Shown here piece by piece: positions 34,207 to 41,910 of a stretch of DNA of 41,910 nucleotides. Origin of the DNA: an uncultured Thermococci archaeon. Lineage in GTDB: Archaea > CAYQAE01 > CAYVLA01. The position numbers and the translations under genes were made by a program. The stretch lies in contig CAZJVP010000045.1 in NCBI GenBank assembly GCA_964549615.1, positions 1-41,910 on the forward strand, given 5' to 3'. The first letter of the stretch is position 1, and the number at the start of each line of letters is the position of its first letter. A model generated the notes under the pieces. It saw only the letters and a program-made list of their open reading frames with translations, did not search any database and was not told the origin of the DNA.

Positions 34207-37002
34207 TTAGGACGTTCGCCAGGGCAGGAGACCCGATAGGAAGGACACGAAGGATCCGAGCCATCTCCGGATGGCGTCAAGATGAAGTCCCTGTCGGCCA
34301 AGGTCCTCAGAAATCTTGCTCAGCGCCATCGCGCTCCATGCTAGTTCCTCCTGTTTCACCGGAATGCCCGCATAGGTCGACTCGACAAATCTCTCGGTTA
34401 TGGCCCTTGCCTCGCCATGTCCTGGGGCCGATCTCTGTTCAAGCCACGACGCGTATTCGTAGGGAGTCATGCTCTCCGCCCTCGGGAATCCGGCCCGGGC
34501 GAAGATCCGCAGCATCCGCCGATACGCCTCGGCGATCGATGCGGGGAGACGCCGAACGGCCCTGAGCCTGAAGAGAACGAAAGCCACGGGAACCGTGATG
34601 ATGACCGCGGCGAGGCTAACTAGCTGTACGGCATTCCCTCGGCCTTCTCGCCCTTCGGGTGAAGGGAAGTCGACCTTGACCACCGAGGAGGCAGCACCTA
34701 TGAGTTCGTTCCCAGCGTATCTCGCTGCAATGATGTGGGTGCCGGGACCGGCCTCAAGGCGCAGGCTGAACATGCCTGAGGCATTCGTAAGGTAGTTGCC
34801 GATCTCATGTTCGTCCAGAAAGACCATGATCGCTTGATCCGGCACGGGCCCTTCCGGTCCAAGCAGAGTGACGACCAGAACGATCTCAGGGGTCTTCAGG
34901 ACCTCCACCGCGACAACGGCCCTTTCGCGCAGCGGGATGGTAACGGTGGCATCGGAGGGTTCGTTCAGATCATCCCCAAGACAAGCCACCCTGATGGATA
35001 CTTTGTCCGCAACCCTTGCGACGCCGTATGGGAGCGCACACAATGCCGAGAAGGTCCCGTCCGACCCCGTCCAGGTGGGAGCGACTAGGATCGGCAAAGC
35101 GTCCCTCGGCATCACCATTACGGGGAATATGTCCATGCCACTTACGTTCAAGGTCACGTTGATGGGGACCCTCGGCACCCCCTTCATCTCCGCGTGGGTC
35201 TGGACGACGGCCCCCTCTATGCGGAAGGTTTCCTCGCCCGACACGTAGTCCGGGACGCGAGTCAGGTAAACCCGGGTCGGACGGCTTTCGACCGTGCCGT
35301 AGTAAGGCAAGGACCCGTCCATGATCGCGTTGGACTCGGCCGCATCGAAGACCTCCGGCCCCCCGACTCCCCCGTTGGTGGGATCGAACGAAACCCATCC
35401 GAATCCCTCGAACTGGACCTCAACCCAAGCATGGAAGTTCAGCTGGAGAACTCTGTATGCCTGCTCGGATGCGTCGAACGTTCCGGAGCCAAAGCCCGTC
35501 ACCACCCTTGCCGGGATGCCGAGCTCCCTGCACATCATGACCATTGCGGCTGCGAAGTGCTGGCAGTAGCCGACCTGGGAGTCGAAAAGGAAGTAGTCGA
35601 CCACGTCCCTTCCGACCGGGGCTGCAGCGGCTCCTATATCATACCGAAGCGTCCTGAGATACCGCGCAATCGCAATGGCCTTGTCGAAGGCATTATCCAG
35701 CCCCTGTGTGAGCGTCCTAGCAAGCTCCCCAACCCGCGCGGGCAGCTCATCCGGGCGCTGAAGATACCTAGGATCGGGCTCGGCAAGGATACTTGCTTCC
35801 CGCAGCACATCGGGCTCCGGCCTCACCAAATCGGAGACCACGCGGTAGCTAGTGCCCTCTGGGTTGGGGCGCATGGTAAGGAGGACCCCTGAGTCCGTGA
35901 CTTCGAATGAGTCCGGACCATAAACCGCCCGAGGCTCGTAAGCAGCGAAGAGCACGCCCGGAAAGGTGGCAAGGTATGCGAAGTCCTGCTCCACGGCTGT
36001 GGACAGATTCTCGACTCCGAGGTAGGACGAAGGCAACACGTCCCCCGGAAGGTGGGGATACGCGGTCGACTTCTCGAGCTCAAACTCCCTGCCCGTGTAC
36101 GTGTCGAAGACGTATCCCCTCCAATACAGCGGGATCGGGGAGCGCACGAGGAAGGCAGGTGAAGGGTCGGGCCTGAGATCGCCCCCGAACCTGAAAACCG
36201 TCGAGAACTTCAGCGTGGCTCGGGCTGCCTGGCTCGAGCCCTCGCCCGCGGGCTTCCACACCTCATCGAAGCCGGTCAGGTCCCTCACATCGGGGACGAT
36301 GCAAGCAACCAGCACGACGATCGCGCCCGCCAGGAGTACCTCCCGTCTCTTCCCCGCAAGGAGCGACGCCGGCAGGCCTCTCAGCTCCACCCTCCTCGCT
36401 GACGAAAGAAGGCCGTCCAAGCCCAGGCAAACGGCCACCAGGAAGGTGAACACGTAGCCCATCGCCCCGACGGGCTGCCCCTCCTTCCAAAGAAAGCCCA
36501 GTACGACCAGGCCGGTGGATGGGGCAAGGACCCAGTACGATAGGCCGGTCATCGCAGCAAGGAAGACGCCATGGAAGGCAATCGCCCAAGCAAACGCGGG
36601 CAGGAGGTTCTGCTCGGGCGAGACGCCTATGGCCATCCTGAAGACTTCGTCCGCCACCTGGCCAAGCGAGAGTCCTGATGGCGCCCAGATCTGCATGTTG
36701 AAGGTAGCCAGCCTCCCGACGACGTGTGATCCGACTGCAAAGCCCACACCGATGTGGAGACCAACGAAGGCTATCAGGATCTTCTTGGCCTCCCGGCGCA
36801 TCCGGAATCGCCCGATCTCAGGCGTGACGGATGCGTTTGCCAGTGCCGAGAGCCCTATCAGCGCCAGGGCCTCTCCCCATCCCGAGACCTCGGGAAGAGC
36901 AGCAAGCATCACGACGGCCGCCGCAACGACCAGCGAGAGCGCAAGCACCAGGCTGAGGTAGCCCGAGGCGTATGATCTGGGCTCTTCCTCTACGCTGCCC
37001 AA
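34207..37002 (-). CDS. Membrane transglutaminase-like protein (TgpA-like, C-terminal DUF4129-like domain)
   Basis: Multi-TM N-terminus, YWRG.VFD.Y.G, GYCQHFA (Cys), FHAWVEV (His), FDPT (Asp), C-terminal TM then TPYEY...F....Y. Confidence 0.88.
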   Translation of the reverse strand: MGSVEEEPRSYASGYLSLVLALSLVVAAAVVMLAALPEVSGWGEALALIGLSALANASVTPEIGRFRMRREAKKILIAFVGLHIGVGFAVGSHVVGRLATFNMQIWAPSGLSLGQVADEVFRMAIGVSPEQNLLPAFAWAIAFHGVFLAAMTGLSYWVLAPSTGLVVLGFLWKEGQPVGAMGYVFTFLVAVCLGLDGLLSSARRVELRGLPASLLAGKRREVLLAGAIVVLVACIVPDVRDLTGFDEVWKPAGEGSSQAARATLKFSTVFRFGGDLRPDPSPAFLVRSPIPLYWRGYVFDTYTGREFELEKSTAYPHLPGDVLPSSYLGVENLSTAVEQDFAYLATFPGVLFAAYEPRAVYGPDSFEVTDSGVLLTMRPNPEGTSYRVVSDLVRPEPDVLREASILAEPDPRYLQRPDELPARVGELARTLTQGLDNAFDKAIAIARYLRTLRYDIGAAAAPVGRDVVDYFLFDSQVGYCQHFAAAMVMMCRELGIPARVVTGFGSGTFDASEQAYRVLQLNFHAWVEVQFEGFGWVSFDPTNGGVGGPEVFDAAESNAIMDGSLPYYGTVESRPTRVYLTRVPDYVSGEETFRIEGAVVQTHAEMKGVPRVPINVTLNVSGMDIFPVMVMPRDALPILVAPTWTGSDGTFSALCALPYGVARVADKVSIRVACLGDDLNEPSDATVTIPLRERAVVAVEVLKTPEIVLVVTLLGPEGPVPDQAIMVFLDEHEIGNYLTNASGMFSLRLEAGPGTHIIAARYAGNELIGAASSVVKVDFPSPEGREGRGNAVQLVSLAAVIITVPVAFVLFRLRAVRRLPASIAEAYRRMLRIFARAGFPRAESMTPYEYASWLEQRSAPGHGEARAITERFVESTYAGIPVKQEELAWSAMALSKISEDLGRQGLHLDAIRRWLGSFVSFLSGLLPWRTS

Positions 37003-38171
37003 GACACCACCACCCTTCCATGCCCCGCCATCCGTGCAAAGCCCACCCTTGCGCCAAGGGCCGTCATCCTCTTGGCAACCTCCGAGCTGGCTGGCCCTTC
37101 AGGTGTTCTCGTCAGGATCAGCGAGGATGAAACTCCGCGTTCCTTGAGGCGGGCGACGACGCCCACATCGTCCTCATGCAGGGCCTGGGAAACGATGCAC
37201 AGGGTCCCGCCCCTGCCCTGCTCCTTCGCGATCCCCTCAAGCACCAACCTCAGGGGGATCGACCCGACGGGCTTAACGGATGCAAGCTCAGACATGATCC
37301 TGTGGTAATGAACTTCGCCCCTGCCCTTGCCCACGATGCGCGGCTCCCTACCCCAGAGCACCATCTTCACTTCCATGTCTCGGCCCAAGGCCGAGACTGC
37401 AACCGAGGCTGCGATCTTCACCCCGAGTTCGAAGAGATCCTCCCGCCCGCGATTGGTGCTCTCCTGGCAATCCAAGACGATGGTCGTCGAGCGGGTCTCC
37501 TCCCTTTCCAGCTCGCGAGCCATCAGCCTTCCAAGCTTCGCGGAGGATTTCCAGTGTATCGTCTTCACTTCATCGCCCGGCTGGTATGCGCGGATCCTCA
37601 GAAAATCGGCGGAGGCGCCTTTCTCACCGGTCGTCGAGGCGCCGAGCATCTCCGAGCTCTCCGTGCCCCGGCTTGCCTCAATAGGGAAGTGAGAGGGGTA
37701 CACCACAAGGGGGGTTTCCTTCCCCAGCCTGAAGCTTCTGGCCATCAGCCCGAAGATGTCGGACGATGATGCGTACAATGGAGTTACCGTGTAGACGCCC
37801 CGCCTGAGAGTCTTCAGGCACGAGCTTGCCACCAAGGACCCGCGGATCGGGCCGGACACCCTGAGTGGCTCCGCGGGTTGTAGCCCATCTGGCAGGACCT
37901 CGCGAACCGACGTGATCAGCCCACCGACCCTGCTCCTGGATGACGCCGACACCTCCATCCTAACCAGGCTGCCCTCAACGCAGGGATTCGGCGCAAGCAC
38001 GGTGGAACACCTCACGGAAACCGGAGTGCTCTTGACCTCGACGTACGAGATCGCGAACACGCCGATGAACGCCGCGAAGAGCAGGTAAAGCACCCTTAGG
38101 CCCGTCACATCCGCCAAGAAGTAGGCAAGGCCCATCAAGCCAAGGGCTGCCATCCCCCTGCTCGTCAGCAT
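36990..38171 (-). CDS. DUF58 (vWA-like) membrane protein
   Basis: RRGVY, DIFGL, VVYP, IRAYQPGDEVKTIHWKSSAK..LMARE, IVLD. Confidence 0.9.
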   Translation of the reverse strand: MLTSRGMAALGLMGLAYFLADVTGLRVLYLLFAAFIGVFAISYVEVKSTPVSVRCSTVLAPNPCVEGSLVRMEVSASSRSRVGGLITSVREVLPDGLQPAEPLRVSGPIRGSLVASSCLKTLRRGVYTVTPLYASSSDIFGLMARSFRLGKETPLVVYPSHFPIEASRGTESSEMLGASTTGEKGASADFLRIRAYQPGDEVKTIHWKSSAKLGRLMARELEREETRSTTIVLDCQESTNRGREDLFELGVKIAASVAVSALGRDMEVKMVLWGREPRIVGKGRGEVHYHRIMSELASVKPVGSIPLRLVLEGIAKEQGRGGTLCIVSQALHEDDVGVVARLKERGVSSSLILTRTPEGPASSEVAKRMTALGARVGFARMAGHGRVVVSWAA

Positions 38172-38186
38172 GGAAAGGCACCTGCC

Positions 38187-39128
38187 TTAGGGAATTGGAA
38201 CGGGAACTTTCTCCAGGAGATCCTCGACCACCGCCTCTGCGGTCAAGCCATTCATCTGCGCAACCGGATCCACCAACAGCCTGTGGGCCAAGACCGGCAC
38301 CGCAAGTTGCTTGACGTCGTCCGGAAGCACGTAGTCCCTGCCGGAAAGCGCAGCCCAAGCCCGGGAGAGCTTGAAGAGGCCCAGGGTAGCCCTCGGGCTG
38401 GCTCCGAGTGCGAGGTCCTTGCTATGCCTCGTCGCATTCACGAGGTCGACGAGATACCGCTTGACTGTGTCATCCATCGCAATTGAGGCAAGCTCGCCCC
38501 GCAGCCTCACGATGTTCTCGGGACTCTCAACGGCCCCTATCCGCCGGATCGGGTGGCCGCTGATGTGCATGTCCATCATCCCCCTCTCCTCCGATGGGCT
38601 GGGGTACCCCATCCTCAATCGTATCATGAATCTGTCCCTCTGCGACTCGGGAAGGGGATAAGTTCCCTCCCGCTCGACGGGGTTCTCGGTTGCCACCACG
38701 AAGAAGATGTCGGGCAGCTTGTGCACGACCCCGTCGACCGTCACCTGACCCTCCTCCATGCATTCCAGGAGACTGGACTGCACCTTGGGGGAGGCCCTGT
38801 TGATCTCGTCGGCGAGGACTATGCTGGCGAAGATGGGCCCGGGCTTGAACTCGAACTCCGAGGTCCTTTGGTTGAAGATGTTAACGCCCAGAATGTCCGA
38901 CGGCAGAAGATCCGGGGTGAACTGGATCCTCCTGAAACTACACCTGATGGAGGCGGCGAAGGCCCGGGCCATCATCGTCTTGCCCGTCCCGGGGACATCG
39001 TCCAACAGCACGTGCCCCCCTGCCAGAAGAGTCGCGAACATCAGCTTCGCCGTCTCCCGCTTTCCCAGGATCACCTTTTCCACGTTGTCCAGAACCTTCG
39101 CGGCGACCGAGGAAAACGGATGAGCCAC
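38187..39128 (-). CDS. moxR: MoxR-family AAA+ ATPase
   Basis: GHVLLDDVPGTGKT, RIQFTPDLLPSD, LADEINRA, EGTYPLPE, GASPRA. Confidence 0.95.
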   Translation of the reverse strand: MAHPFSSVAAKVLDNVEKVILGKRETAKLMFATLLAGGHVLLDDVPGTGKTMMARAFAASIRCSFRRIQFTPDLLPSDILGVNIFNQRTSEFEFKPGPIFASIVLADEINRASPKVQSSLLECMEEGQVTVDGVVHKLPDIFFVVATENPVEREGTYPLPESQRDRFMIRLRMGYPSPSEERGMMDMHISGHPIRRIGAVESPENIVRLRGELASIAMDDTVKRYLVDLVNATRHSKDLALGASPRATLGLFKLSRAWAALSGRDYVLPDDVKQLAVPVLAHRLLVDPVAQMNGLTAEAVVEDLLEKVPVPIP

Positions 39129-39257
39129 CGAAGTTCACCTGTCCGGCCCAGTTCTTTGCCGCATTAAGAATCTATCCGTCAGCGCTGCCACCGCCGTGTC
39201 ACCGCTGCCAACCCCGCGGGGTCGGATGCCGAGCTACAGCCATTTATATTCAAAGCG

Positions 39258-39746
39258 ATGCTCGCGCAAGCCACGCCGGACGAAAGGCCCTCGATGGACG
39301 AGTATTTCATGGAGATAGCGGGCGTGGTCGCCAAGAGGTCCACCTGCCTCAGGAACAAGGTAGGCGCCCTCGTCGTCAGGGACAAGAGGATACTCTCCAC
39401 GGGCTACAACGGCGCGCCGCGGGGACTGGAGCACTGCCTGGAGGTCGGGTGCCTCAGAAATGAGAGGAACATCGAGTCGGGGACGCGCCACGAGATCTGT
39501 CGGGCCGTTCATGCCGAGCAGAACGCCATCATCCAGTGCGCCCTCCACGGGGTAAGCACAGAGGAAGCCACCCTGTACTGCACCCATCAGCCCTGCATCC
39601 TCTGCACCAAGATGATGATCAACGCAGGCATAAGGAGGGTCGTGTTCCGGGAGGACTACCCGGACGAGGAATCGCTCAACTACCTGCGCATGGCCAAGAT
39701 CGAGGTTGTCCGGTTCAAGCGCGAGACTGCCGGCCAAGCACCTTGA
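39258..39746 (+). CDS. dCMP deaminase (ComEB-like)
   Basis: RSTC, GYNG, HAEQNA, PCILC zinc motifs; TTTATATT box at about 39243. Confidence 0.92.
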   Translation: MLAQATPDERPSMDEYFMEIAGVVAKRSTCLRNKVGALVVRDKRILSTGYNGAPRGLEHCLEVGCLRNERNIESGTRHEICRAVHAEQNAIIQCALHGVSTEEATLYCTHQPCILCTKMMINAGIRRVVFREDYPDEESLNYLRMAKIEVVRFKRETAGQAP

Positions 39747-40425
39747 TGAGCCCGATGAGGGTGTGACACTCCCTGCCGGAGATGAAAGCCCTGTTCACCA
39801 ACCTCCTGAACACGAGCTTCGAGAGCCTCTTGCGGTGTTCAGGGAGCTGCGAGGAATCCACCATTTGATCGACGCAGCTGAGCAGGGCCCTTTTCTCGCT
39901 GGCATTGGCCTTCCTCATCCGCGTCCTCGTGGGCCGGCTCAGGGCCTTGAAGACCTCATAGAAGATTATCGCAGCCGCATGGCTCACGTTGAGGGCTGGG
40001 TACCCCGGCGAGGTCGGGATGGTTACCACGAGGTCGCATCTCTCCAGCTCACTGAGGCTGAGCCCGTTCCCTTCGCGGCCGAGCACGATGCACAGCGTTC
40101 CTTCCACGCCGGCCAGGGACCTGCCCAGCTCCCAGGATTTGATGGCGACGCGGGCGAGGCTGCCGTCATGCCCCTGCCTGCTTGTGGTGCCGACGTAGAA
40201 GTCGAAGGCCATTCCCATGAGGCCATCCCATGTGGTGGTGATCGCCCCGTCGATGACGTCCTTGGCATGCATGGCAAGCATGCGCCCTTCATCCCCTGGA
40301 GGAACGCCCCCGACCAGTATGAGCTTCCCCAGGCCGAAGTTCTTGATGCAGCGAGCCAGGAAACCGATGTTGCCGGGCGACTCCGGCTCCACGAAGGCCA
40401 CCGATATGTCCTCAAGCTTCACCAA
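39715..40425 (-). CDS. trmJ: SPOUT tRNA methyltransferase, TrmJ/TrmH family
   Basis: [23 protein letters not shown]...[14 protein letters not shown] start 4 nt after GAGGTGA. Confidence 0.88.
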   Translation of the reverse strand: MVKLEDISVAFVEPESPGNIGFLARCIKNFGLGKLILVGGVPPGDEGRMLAMHAKDVIDGAITTTWDGLMGMAFDFYVGTTSRQGHDGSLARVAIKSWELGRSLAGVEGTLCIVLGREGNGLSLSELERCDLVVTIPTSPGYPALNVSHAAAIIFYEVFKALSRPTRTRMRKANASEKRALLSCVDQMVDSSQLPEHRKRLSKLVFRRLVNRAFISGRECHTLIGLIKVLGRQSRA

Positions 40426-40429
40426 GCGA

Positions 40430-41593
40430 TCACCTCGCGTGAATCTCAACCACGTCGCCGTCGGCGAGCACGTGCGTGAGCCCGACCATCTCGCCCCCGA
40501 AGTTGACCGAGGCACCCCACACCCTTGCAAACCGGAAGTTCGTGATGAACCGCTTGTGGAGGCTCTTCGCCACATCTTTGACGACGGATCCCTTTGGCAG
40601 CACGAGCGGCCGGGTCTCCGGCCTCTGCCCCGGTACCTTGGTATAGATCCTGACGACACCCAGCAACTCGAATATGCTCTTTCCGAGGGCCTCAAGGCCG
40701 TGGCCTTTATCCGCCGAGACGGGGACGACCGTGAAATCCGATCCGTACATTTCGACCAAATCCCTAAACCGGCGCTCCGTTCCCGGGAGATCGCCCTTGT
40801 TGGCAACGACGAGAACGTTCTTCTGCACGGAGGATGGATCCAAAACGTCCGAGAGGTCTTCCCTCTTCACGCTGCCGGAGAGGACGACCGTTGCGCTCTG
40901 ATAGCCCCGGGAACGCAGCAGATCCGTGACGTAAGCCCTGTCCTCATCGCTGATATCTCCCTGGATCTGGAGACCGCCCTCGCCTGTCTTCCTGACCTCT
41001 ATCGAAGGGCTCCTCTTCTTCAGCCTGATCCTCGCGGCCTTGAGCTCCCTTAGGATCATGTCCATCTGGGCGGCCGGATCGTCCGCTAGGTCCAGGAGGA
41101 TGACCAACGCGTCGGCATTCCTGAGCATGGAGAACATGCGCGGGCCCAGCCATCTGCCCTCCGAGACTTCCTCGATGAGCGCCGGCATCTCGACGAGCTG
41201 TATCTGGACGTCCTCATAGTTCAGCATCCCGGGGCTGGGCGTGACGGTCGTAAACGGATAGGGCGCGACCTTTGCGTTGGACGATGTGAGCTTGTTCAGA
41301 AGCAGGGACTTCCCCGAATTAGGGGGCCCGATGATTGCCACCTGGCCGATGCCCTCCTTGGGGATGTCGAACCCGTAGTGCTGTTGGGATGCCTTCTTCT
41401 GTTCCCGGGCCTGCAGCTCCCGCCTCTTGTTTGCCAGGTTCTTCTTGAGCTCGTAGCGAAGCCGCTCGGTGCCCTTGTGCTTGGGGACGGTGGAGAGCAT
41501 GAGCTTGAGGGCCTCGATCTTCTCCTCCAGGGTCCGGGCCTGTGTATACTTCTGTTGGGCCTCAAGGTATTCTCGGGTAACGTTGGTCGGCAT
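40430..41593 (-). CDS. DRG/OBG-family GTPase with TGS domain
   Basis: PKHKGTE, GPPNSGKS, YPFTT, NKGD, TGS domain ARVWG.S...HVLADGDVVEI. Confidence 0.92.
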   Translation of the reverse strand: MPTNVTREYLEAQQKYTQARTLEEKIEALKLMLSTVPKHKGTERLRYELKKNLANKRRELQAREQKKASQQHYGFDIPKEGIGQVAIIGPPNSGKSLLLNKLTSSNAKVAPYPFTTVTPSPGMLNYEDVQIQLVEMPALIEEVSEGRWLGPRMFSMLRNADALVILLDLADDPAAQMDMILRELKAARIRLKKRSPSIEVRKTGEGGLQIQGDISDEDRAYVTDLLRSRGYQSATVVLSGSVKREDLSDVLDPSSVQKNVLVVANKGDLPGTERRFRDLVEMYGSDFTVVPVSADKGHGLEALGKSIFELLGVVRIYTKVPGQRPETRPLVLPKGSVVKDVAKSLHKRFITNFRFARVWGASVNFGGEMVGLTHVLADGDVVEIHAR

Positions 41594-41710
41594 GCCCCAG
41601 CCAGAGATGCGGCTCTGAAATTGTAAATGTTAGCTCCGTCGACGGAACGAGTGGCTAGGAAACTTCTGCCGCAACGCTCTGACGTAGCCTAGCGCTTCTC
41701 GTGATCGACG

Positions 41711-41770
41711 AAAAAGGGTCGAGTGAAGGTCGAGAAAAAAGTCAAAAAAAGTCGAAAAAGAAGGAAAAAG
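41711..41770 (-). terminator. Multiple oligo-T tracts downstream of the edge ORF
   Basis: Five T5-T7 runs on the minus strand, starting a few nt after the TAG at 41774. Confidence 0.65.
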
Positions 41771-41773
41771 AGC

Positions 41774-41910
41774 CTACCGCCTCCTCATTAGGGCGAGGCC
41801 GAGCATCGCTGCAATGGCTGGCAGCAGGATCTCAGGCATCGGGAACCACAGAGAGTTGGAGTAGGCCCCCTTAAGGGTTAGCCAGCTCTGGGCATTCTGG
41901 TACGAGGCCG
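41774..41910 (-). CDS. 3' end of a surface protein with a C-terminal sorting-signal-like tail (truncated by the window edge)
   Basis: Hand translation ...ASYQNAQSWLTLKGAYSNSLWFPMPEILLPAIAAMLGLALMRRR*: PE motif, hydrophobic helix, Arg cluster. Confidence 0.7.
   Translation of the reverse strand, partial: ASYQNAQSWLTLKGAYSNSLWFPMPEILLPAIAAMLGLALMRRR

Noticed and set aside
40426-40806. Long N-terminal extension of the TrmJ ORF (likewise the ORF-track extensions of ubiX, AMMECR1, HAD and the Zn-ribbon gene)
   Set aside because: The extensions run into upstream genes or promoter regions and lack family motifs; downstream starts fit the conserved N-termini.
41701-41770. Possible degenerate CRISPR or iteron array
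   Set aside because: Units are only about 10 nt, irregular and without spacers; no cas or rep genes nearby.

Overview
This GC-rich, gene-dense archaeal window looks euryarchaeote-like (membrane-anchored LonB, DacZ-type diadenylate cyclase, archaeal PolB, FEN1, RpoK, S17e, aEF-1beta). It is almost entirely core genome. RNA modification and translation genes: truD, pth2, NusA-like, aspS, fibrillarin, AK6, Rio2, TrmJ-like, DRG-like GTPase. Archaeal ether-lipid genes: geranylgeranyl reductase family, UbiX, tetraether synthase Tes, IdsA, CarS. Also present are replication/repair genes (polB, fen, Bax1/DUF790-like), a complete Dpp/Opp ABC importer and a MoxR-DUF58-transglutaminase triad. I found no rRNA, tRNA, CRISPR array, integrase or transposase. 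The most unusual signal is the dacZ-tes junction. The metal-binding N-terminus of Tes has no in-frame ATG/GTG/TTG and lies in the same frame as dacZ, behind a single TGA. An overlapping TTG-AAC-GGG-TGA mini-ORF suggests +1 frameshifting, readthrough, an ACG start or a 1-nt assembly error. I also found an unannotated 44-aa zinc-finger ORF, frequent TTG starts and a C-terminal sorting-signal protein fragment at the right edge. All calls come from motif recognition by eye; no searches were run.
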